Program-made: the position numbers and the translations under genes
The notes under the pieces: generated by a model
The model's database searches: none
The model's input: only the letters and a program-made list of their open reading frames with translations
Told to the model about the DNA's origin: nothing
DNA from: Candidatus Heimdallarchaeota archaeon B3_Heim
Lineage (GTDB): Archaea; Asgardarchaeota; Heimdallarchaeia; Hodarchaeales; Hodarchaeaceae
Length of the DNA stretch: 32,000 nucleotides
Direction of reading: 5' to 3'
Assembly: GCA_003144275.1 (NCBI GenBank)
Contig: NJBF01000015.1
Span: forward strand, 1 to 32,000
Shown: positions 26,200 through 32,000 of the stretch, piece by piece
Numbering within the stretch: position 1 is the first letter of the stretch
Layout of the letters: each line of letters starts with the position of its first letter

Positions 26200-26862
26200 A
26201 TGAACGTATATCAAGAATCTCAAGAAAACGAAGAGGAAGAAGAATCTGAAGAAAAAACTGAGGAGACAGAGGAAACTGAAGAAAAACCTGAAGTAACCGA
26301 AGTAGCTGAGGAAAAATCTGAAGTAACCGAAGAAAAATCTCCCTCTAAAGATCCACAGGAGACAGAGGAAGCACTTAATGTGATGAAGGTAAGTGATCTG
26401 GCTCCTTTTGAAAGAAAACTTCAAGTAACGTTTTGTGTTGTTGAAAAAGGCGAATCTAGATCAATTGTGAGCAAAAAAACCAATGAAGAGCATAATCTTG
26501 CCGATTTAAAGGTAGGAGATGAAACAGGGACTATTACTTTGACTCTCTGGGACGAAACAATTGATCGTGTGACTGAAGGTGGAACCTTTGTCCTAAAGAA
26601 CGGATACGTAAATGTATTTCAAAACCAAATGCGTCTAGCACTTGGTAAATGGGGATCAATTGAGGACACAGATGACAAAATTTCGGTTGATTACGTAAAA
26701 ACAGATAACGATCGCTCACTAGAACAGCATGAAGACAGAAGACGTCGAAGACCATTTGATCGTGGTGGAGACCAGCGCCGATCTTCTCGAGGCAGAGATA
26801 ACTCAGGTTATCGTGGTCGATCAGATCGTCAAGAACGTTCAGGCCAACAAGATCGTTGGTAG
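26200..26862 (+). CDS. ssb: Single OB-fold ssDNA-binding protein (crenarchaeal SSB/hSSB1-like) with acidic N-terminal and Arg/Gly-rich C-terminal tails
   Basis: KVSDL...VGDETGTITLTLWDE...GGTFVLKNGYVNVFQNQMRLALGKWG OB core. Confidence 0.82.
   Translation: MNVYQESQENEEEEESEEKTEETEETEEKPEVTEVAEEKSEVTEEKSPSKDPQETEEALNVMKVSDLAPFERKLQVTFCVVEKGESRSIVSKKTNEEHNLADLKVGDETGTITLTLWDETIDRVTEGGTFVLKNGYVNVFQNQMRLALGKWGSIEDTDDKISVDYVKTDNDRSLEQHEDRRRRRPFDRGGDQRRSSRGRDNSGYRGRSDRQERSGQQDRW
26281..26332 (+). repeat. Imperfect 22-bp direct repeat, 30-nt period, in the SSB acidic tail
   Basis: GAAAAACCTGAAGTAACCGAAG (26281-26302) and GAAAAATCTGAAGTAACCGAAG (26311-26332); AGGAGACAGAGGAA also occurs at 26261 and 26357. 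Confidence 0.8.
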
Positions 26863-26865
26863 ACG

Positions 26866-26894
26866 TTTTTTATCCTTTTTTTCTTTTATTTTCT
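26866..26894 (+). terminator. Long oligo-T tract, putative terminator of ssb
   Basis: TTTTTTATCCTTTTTTTCTTTTATTTTCT immediately after the stop. Confidence 0.5.
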
Positions 26895-26934
26895 ATTACT
26901 GAATTGCTAAGGTATTTATTACTACTCCCCCATC

Positions 26935-27368
26935 TTAAGAGAATCGATCTCTAATGGTCAGTAAATAAATGAATAGTAAAATCGTGATAAATGGGATCTA
27001 TAAGGCACCAAAACTACCAGTTTGGATAAATGCAAGATAATATTCATAGTTTAAAATAGTGAAAAGTAAATTCAGACTATATAAAATCATAGTCAATATC
27101 CAAGCTGAATAATTTAAATTCCATAACCCGTAACCAAGAATAAATATCAAAAAACCCACTAAAAGGATAGCTCCCGCTAACACACAAAATAGCATTCCAA
27201 ATACATCTACAAATGTTTCCTCCCCAACGTGTTAAACTCTTCTCCTAATAGGCCAAAAGAAAGGACGACCAATAGTCCACCCATGAGTATAACAAGGAGA
27301 CCAGAGAGCGTTTCTAATAAAGCAATCAAACTGAGTAGGATAGGACGTTTTTTTGAAGTTATTGACAT
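26935..27368 (-). pseudogene. Disrupted ~4-TM membrane protein gene (1-nt frameshift plus in-frame TAG)
   Basis: ATG 27368 MSITSKKRPILLSLIALLETLSGLLVILMGG...FNTL; adding one G to the G4 run (C 27222-27225) joins it to GEETFVDVFGMLF...GYGLWNLNYSAWIL...GAL; TAG at 26998-27000; the frame continues IPFITILLFIYLLTIRDRFS to TAA 26935-26937. Confidence 0.75.
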
Positions 27369-27420
27369 CTACCGTTTTTTTGTGATGAATAACAATTCTA
27401 AATAGCCTCAATATTCAAAA

Positions 27421-27432
27421 ATATTAAGCTTT
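27421..27432 (-). promoter_or_regulatory. BRE/TATA-like element facing the pseudogene
   Basis: Reverse complement AAAGCTTAATAT, ~53 nt upstream of ATG 27368. Confidence 0.4.
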
Positions 27433-27651
27433 CCATCGTTGTGGTTACAATATAAGAAAATTTTCTATTTTGAGAAATTTCTATACCATAATATTAAAAA
27501 TTTTGAGAATATTTCAGTTTTTAGAAGCTTAATAGCAATAAATTCAACTTAATCCAGAAATTAATAATAACTACTTGAAGAATAAAGAGGAGCTATCCTT
27601 ATAATCACTGAGATTGAAGTTTCTAGAATCAAATTATCGGACGTACAAGAT

Positions 27652-28980
27652 ATGGGAAATATAATAGGAATACGTTTAGAAGATAAGAACAAATGGGAAA
27701 GGAGAGCACCTATCGTCCCTAAGGATGTAAAAGATCTTATTTCCTCAAATTCACTAAATTTCATTGTCCAATCTTCACCTATCCGTGCATTTGAGGATAC
27801 AGAATATCGCGATGCTGGAGCGAAGACGTCCACGGATCTAGGCGAAGCAAATATAATTTTTGCTATCAAAGAGGTTCCACTGAATGTATTGGAGCCTAAT
27901 AAAGTCTATATATTCTTCAGTCATACAGTTAAGGGCCAAAAATACAATATGCCGCTTCTGAAACGAATATTAGAACTTGAAATCACTTTGATTGATTATG
28001 AAAAGGTCATAGATGAAAAAGGATTTCGTCTGATATATTTTGGGAATTATGCCGGATTAGCAGGAATGAACCAAACATTATGGGCTTTCGGACATCGAGT
28101 AAAGGATCAACATGGTATTGAGACTCCATTTTTAAAATTAAAGCATACTTATGAGTATAATGGACTAGAGGGGATGAAAAAAGCTATATCAGCGGTGTCT
28201 AGGGACATCAAGGAAAATGGTTTACATCCCGAACTTGTTCCCATGATAGTAGGGTTTGCTGGTTATGGAAACGTCTCACGAGGGGCTCAATCGATATTGG
28301 ATCTTTTGCCTGTTATTGAACTTGATCCAAAAGAGCTAGCCGATTTTCATACAAATAGATCTGATGAGTTTTCATCTAAAACTGTTTACAAAGTAGTATT
28401 TAAAGAAGAACACATGGTTAATTCCACAACAGGGGACAGGTTTGATCTACAAGACTATTACAAATTTGGATCATCAAAATATAAAGGAATTTTTGAAGAA
28501 TACATACCCTACTTATCTATCCTCATGAATGGTATCTATTGGAGTGAAAAATATCCTCGTCTTCTTACCAAGGAACATGCCAAAGATATGTTCCAATCCA
28601 AACTCATGGTAAGATTACAAGTTGTTGGTGACATTTCGTGTGACATTGAAGGAGGAATCGAACCAACATTGATGGCTACAGAACCTGATAATCCCGCATT
28701 TGTGTATAATCCATTTTCTAAGGAAGCGAAATTGGGTTTATCGGGTGATGGTTTAGCTATAATGGCTGTTGATAACCTCCCTTGTGAGTTACCTAAAGAA
28801 TCGTCATCAAACTTTTCAAAAACTTTGAAGCCATATGTAGATCTCATTGCGAAACCTGACTATACAAAACCCTTTGAAAGTCTAGAATTGCCTCCAGTTA
28901 TTAAAAATGCGGTAATTGCACATCAAGGACAACTCACTCCGAATTATACTTATTTAAAAGAATTTTTAATAAATGTGTAG
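27652..28980 (+). CDS. Lysine-ketoglutarate reductase-like protein (LKR domain of AASS; AlaDH/PNT fold)
   Basis: IGIRLEDKNKWERRAP, FFSHTVKGQ, LIDYE, AGLAGM, GYGNVSRGA, DISCD, MAVDNLPCELPKESS closely follow the LKR domain of eukaryotic AASS. Confidence 0.85.
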   Translation: MGNIIGIRLEDKNKWERRAPIVPKDVKDLISSNSLNFIVQSSPIRAFEDTEYRDAGAKTSTDLGEANIIFAIKEVPLNVLEPNKVYIFFSHTVKGQKYNMPLLKRILELEITLIDYEKVIDEKGFRLIYFGNYAGLAGMNQTLWAFGHRVKDQHGIETPFLKLKHTYEYNGLEGMKKAISAVSRDIKENGLHPELVPMIVGFAGYGNVSRGAQSILDLLPVIELDPKELADFHTNRSDEFSSKTVYKVVFKEEHMVNSTTGDRFDLQDYYKFGSSKYKGIFEEYIPYLSILMNGIYWSEKYPRLLTKEHAKDMFQSKLMVRLQVVGDISCDIEGGIEPTLMATEPDNPAFVYNPFSKEAKLGLSGDGLAIMAVDNLPCELPKESSSNFSKTLKPYVDLIAKPDYTKPFESLELPPVIKNAVIAHQGQLTPNYTYLKEFLINV

Positions 28981-28997
28981 AAAAAAAAGTGATAAAT

Positions 28998-30353
28998 ATG
29001 AAGAAAGTACTAATCTTCGGTGCAGGAATGGTCGCTGGCCCCCCTGTAAAGTACCTACTTGAAAAAGATTTTCAAGTTATTGTAGCAAGTCGAACACTAC
29101 AAAAAGCAGAAGCACTAGTAAATAATCATCCAAATGGTAATGGTAAAGCTTTTGATATTACTCAAGCGACGACTGAAGAGCTTGAAGCTCTCATTCGCGA
29201 ATGTGACTTAGCTGTAAGTCTTTTACCATATACTTTTCATGTAAAAGTCGCAAAAGCCTGTTTGAAACATCGTAAACATATGGTCACTACTTCCTATGTG
29301 AGTCCAGAGATGAGAGAATTAGATGAAAAGGCAAAAAATGCATCTATCTCAATATTAAACGAAATAGGAGTGGATCCTGGTATAGATCATATGTCGGCTC
29401 AAAAAATAATTGATACTATTCATGAAAAAGGGGGTAAAATCTTATCTTTCACTTCCTATACTGGGGGATTACCTGCCCCTGATGCAAATAACAATCCATG
29501 GGGGTATAAACTATCATGGTCACCGAGAGGGGTCATATTAGCAGGCCGTAATTCAGCTAAATATTTGAAGGACGAAGAAGTTGTAGAAATTCCAGGAGAG
29601 GATTTATTCGATCATTTTCTTCCTTTTCCAGTAAATGAGAACGGTCCAGGGGATACTGAAGAGCTTGGATTATTAGAAGGATATCCCAATCGGAATTCTA
29701 TAGAACCTTATATTGATGTATACGGAATACCTGAAACCAAGACAATGATTCGTGGTACTTTACGAAATCCAGGGTGGTGTAGAACAATGAAAAAGATAGC
29801 TGATGTAGGTTATCTCAATCTCGACGAGCAAGAATTTCCTTCAGGGTTTACATATAGACAGTTACTCAATCAGTTGCTTGATAAACCGTTAAAGTCAAAT
29901 GCAAAAGAGAATCTGATGTCTATATTCGATATTGAAGAAAAAGATGATATTATAAGGCGATTTGAATGGATGGGCCTTTTAGGGGATGATGTACTCCCGA
30001 AAAAGAAGATTTCACCTCTCGACGCTCTTTGCCATCAATTTGAGGAGCATCTCCAATATGATCCAGGTGAAAGGGATATGTTAGTTATGGTTCACCAGTT
30101 TGAATATGTAGTGGACTCTGGAATGGAAAAGATAACCTCTACAATGATTGATTATGGAATTCCTCATGGCGACAGTTCTATGTCTAGAACGGTAGGTCTA
30201 CCTGCAGCTATAGGAGTTCGTATGATTTTAGAGGGGACTATTACTGATCGTGGAGTATTGGTTCCTGTTAAGAAAACAATTTACGAACCAATTCTGAAAG
30301 AATTGGAAGAAATGAATATTCGCTTTACTGAAAGACTAGAAAAAGTGAAATGA
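28998..30353 (+). CDS. Saccharopine dehydrogenase (glutamate-forming type; SDH domain of AASS/Lys9-like)
   Basis: KKVLIFGAGMV, SLLPY, TTSYVS, NEIGVDPGIDHM, SYTGGLPAP, YKLSWSPRG, EGYPNRNS, RGTLR, MSRTVGLPAAI. ATG 28998 preferred over GTG 28989. Confidence 0.9.
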   Translation: MKKVLIFGAGMVAGPPVKYLLEKDFQVIVASRTLQKAEALVNNHPNGNGKAFDITQATTEELEALIRECDLAVSLLPYTFHVKVAKACLKHRKHMVTTSYVSPEMRELDEKAKNASISILNEIGVDPGIDHMSAQKIIDTIHEKGGKILSFTSYTGGLPAPDANNNPWGYKLSWSPRGVILAGRNSAKYLKDEEVVEIPGEDLFDHFLPFPVNENGPGDTEELGLLEGYPNRNSIEPYIDVYGIPETKTMIRGTLRNPGWCRTMKKIADVGYLNLDEQEFPSGFTYRQLLNQLLDKPLKSNAKENLMSIFDIEEKDDIIRRFEWMGLLGDDVLPKKKISPLDALCHQFEEHLQYDPGERDMLVMVHQFEYVVDSGMEKITSTMIDYGIPHGDSSMSRTVGLPAAIGVRMILEGTITDRGVLVPVKKTIYEPILKELEEMNIRFTERLEKVK

Positions 30354-30387
30354 TTCTTTTTTCCATTTTTATTTTTCTTAATTTCTT

Positions 30388-31209
30388 TTATTTCCTTCTT
30401 CGATCACAATACGCGACGAAAATTGTCGAATCTTCTACAAAACCTAATTTTTTGTAGAGTTGAATGGCTCCTTGATTAGATTTTTCTACCCAGAGAAAAA
30501 TCATCTTGATCAATCTGTCTGTAAGAATTTCCTGACATAATTTTGTTAATGTTTTGTGAGAATATCCTTGTTTTCGTTCTAATAGTTTTGTTTCAATTCC
30601 CCTAAGAATTGCGAATGAAAATTCATCATTCTGAAGAATGTGAGGAGCAGAGGCAAAACTAGCAATCTCCTTTCCTTTTAGATACCCATAAGCTATCCCT
30701 CCAGTCAGATGTCTATATCTTTTAGGAATGTTAACACGATTATTAGGAAAGCGAATTACAGAATCAAGATCAATCCATCCTGGATTAAACGTTTCAACTG
30801 AAAGTTGGTAGGTAGTATATGTATTGTATGTATTAGTCTTTTCGTTTGTCTCCAATGATCTGAAGTTCGTAAATTTTTCTTGGATACTTGGCCACAATGA
30901 ACTATCATGAAAAATCAATACTGAATTGGTATTAAACCACTGAATCTTTTTCTTTAAAGACCAAACTCTACTACTTGACAGATGATACTTGTTTTCATAG
31001 TGAAAGATGTAATCATAGGGATTCAAAGAGTAATTATATAGAAGAGTCCTAGGTTTTTGCGCTAGATACCAATGAATGTAACAAGTCTGCGATAATGGTT
31101 CCTCAGCAAATTTCGTGAAGAATTTTCGTTCCTTTTTTTTTTTGGAACTACCAATAGGAGGAAGGAATCTGTCCCAAACCATGGTATGAGCCTCTAAACC
31201 AATTTTCAC
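30388..31209 (-). CDS. GNAT-family acetyltransferase (C-terminal GNAT domain)
   Basis: LRGIET...RKQGYS acetyl-CoA loop; LWVEKSNQGAIQLYKKLGF motif B. Confidence 0.8.
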   Translation of the reverse strand: MKIGLEAHTMVWDRFLPPIGSSKKKKERKFFTKFAEEPLSQTCYIHWYLAQKPRTLLYNYSLNPYDYIFHYENKYHLSSSRVWSLKKKIQWFNTNSVLIFHDSSLWPSIQEKFTNFRSLETNEKTNTYNTYTTYQLSVETFNPGWIDLDSVIRFPNNRVNIPKRYRHLTGGIAYGYLKGKEIASFASAPHILQNDEFSFAILRGIETKLLERKQGYSHKTLTKLCQEILTDRLIKMIFLWVEKSNQGAIQLYKKLGFVEDSTIFVAYCDRRRK

Positions 31210-31238
31210 GCTTTCATTGGAAAGATGGTATTGTTATG

Positions 31239-32000
31239 TCACCCATCGAAAACAGGTGCTTTTTCCTTATTTTGCTCGGAAAGCGGATGTCCGAGTTCAT
31301 ATGATTTACGTAAATGCTCTAAACTAACATGTGTATACAGTTGAGTTGTTGAAAGGGAAGCATGACCAAGTAGTTCTTGTATTACACGGATATCAACCGA
31401 ATTAGCAAGTAAATGTGTCGCGAAGGCATGTCTAAGAGTATGAGGGGTTAATTTCTTATCATGAAAATTTGCTTCTTCCCTGTACTTTTTTACCATTCGT
31501 TGTATTGAACGTGAAGTTAATCGCTTACCTGATCGATTCAAGATCAATGCAGATGAGGAGGTATTCCTACGTCGATTTTCTAAGTGTTCTTCGATGATTG
31601 GGATGAGTACATCAGGTAGAGGGATCATCCGGTCTTTGTTTCCTTTTCCTCCAATAATTCTTATCATACGATTACCCAGGTCAATACAGTCTAAATCTAG
31701 ATTACTCAATTCAGATACTCGCATTCCAGTTCCATAAAGGAGAAATAAGATTGTCCGATCTCTTACATTATCAGGTGTATTTAGTAATTGTAGTGTATCT
31801 TCTACAGAAATTATTTTCGGTAAGCTTTTGGGAATTTTGGGAGATTCAATATTCTCGGCTGGGTTGGCTGAGATAAATGCTTCCTTCTTAAGAAATTTGT
31901 AGAATGATTTAAGGGAGCATATTTTTCTATGTAAACTACGTGGTGAGTATTTTTTCTCACGCTTTAAATGCAAAAAGAAACGACGTAAATCAGTTGTCGT
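31239..32000 (-). CDS. xerA: XerA/XerD-type tyrosine recombinase, 5' end outside the window
   Basis: TGMRVSEL, GKGNKDR, HTLRHAFATH, LLGHASLSTTQLY catalytic set. The frame stays open from 31973 to base 32000 (TTTDLRRFFL). Confidence 0.88.
   Translation of the reverse strand, partial: TTTDLRRFFLHLKREKKYSPRSLHRKICSLKSFYKFLKKEAFISANPAENIESPKIPKSLPKIISVEDTLQLLNTPDNVRDRTILFLLYGTGMRVSELSNLDLDCIDLGNRMIRIIGGKGNKDRMIPLPDVLIPIIEEHLENRRRNTSSSALILNRSGKRLTSRSIQRMVKKYREEANFHDKKLTPHTLRHAFATHLLANSVDIRVIQELLGHASLSTTQLYTHVSLEHLRKSYELGHPLSEQNKEKAPVFDG

Noticed and set aside
26281-26370. CRISPR-like repeats
   Set aside because: The repeats are in-frame coding duplications within the SSB acidic tail, with only two copies each and no spacer array or cas genes.
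28975-29000. Programmed readthrough or frameshift fusing LKR and SDH at TAG-A8
   Set aside because: It would need both stop readthrough and a frame change, and SDH has its own plausible ATG with a GTGA SD-like element.
31239-32000. Integrase of a provirus or integrative element
   Set aside because: Sequence fits a housekeeping XerA; no att repeats, tRNA or mobile genes in the window. The region beyond base 32000 cannot be seen.

Overview
Gene-dense, AT-rich archaeal chromosomal window. It is most likely from an Asgard archaeon, inferred from an Arf-like GTPase fused to a longin-like domain, an archaeal histone-fold protein, a single-OB SSB, a tungsten-type AOR and an XerA-type recombinase. 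No rRNA, tRNA, CRISPR array or transposase was recognised. The most notable element is an ~11.5 kb metabolic neighbourhood (11947-23429). It combines a form IV RuBisCO-like protein (distal phosphate site replaced by hydrophobic residues) with an acyl-CoA ligase, AOR, MoaD, SCP2 lipid-binding protein, Fe-ADH, a small uncharacterised beta-rich protein, a divergent class III PLP enzyme and an FGGY kinase. This may be an undescribed route for degrading a phosphorylated substrate with a lipid-like tail; that reading is inference. Other highlights: a tandem histone doublet whose second fold is cut off in helix 3; an Arf-longin fusion; an SSB with a Glu-rich N-terminus and Arg/Gly-rich C-terminus; split LKR and SDH genes in the order of the eukaryotic bifunctional enzyme; two DNA methyltransferases with no recognisable endonuclease partner in the window (one with a Cys4 insertion); two small ORFs missed by the ORF track; and a membrane-protein pseudogene with two lesions. 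All family assignments come from motif recognition by eye, not from database searches.
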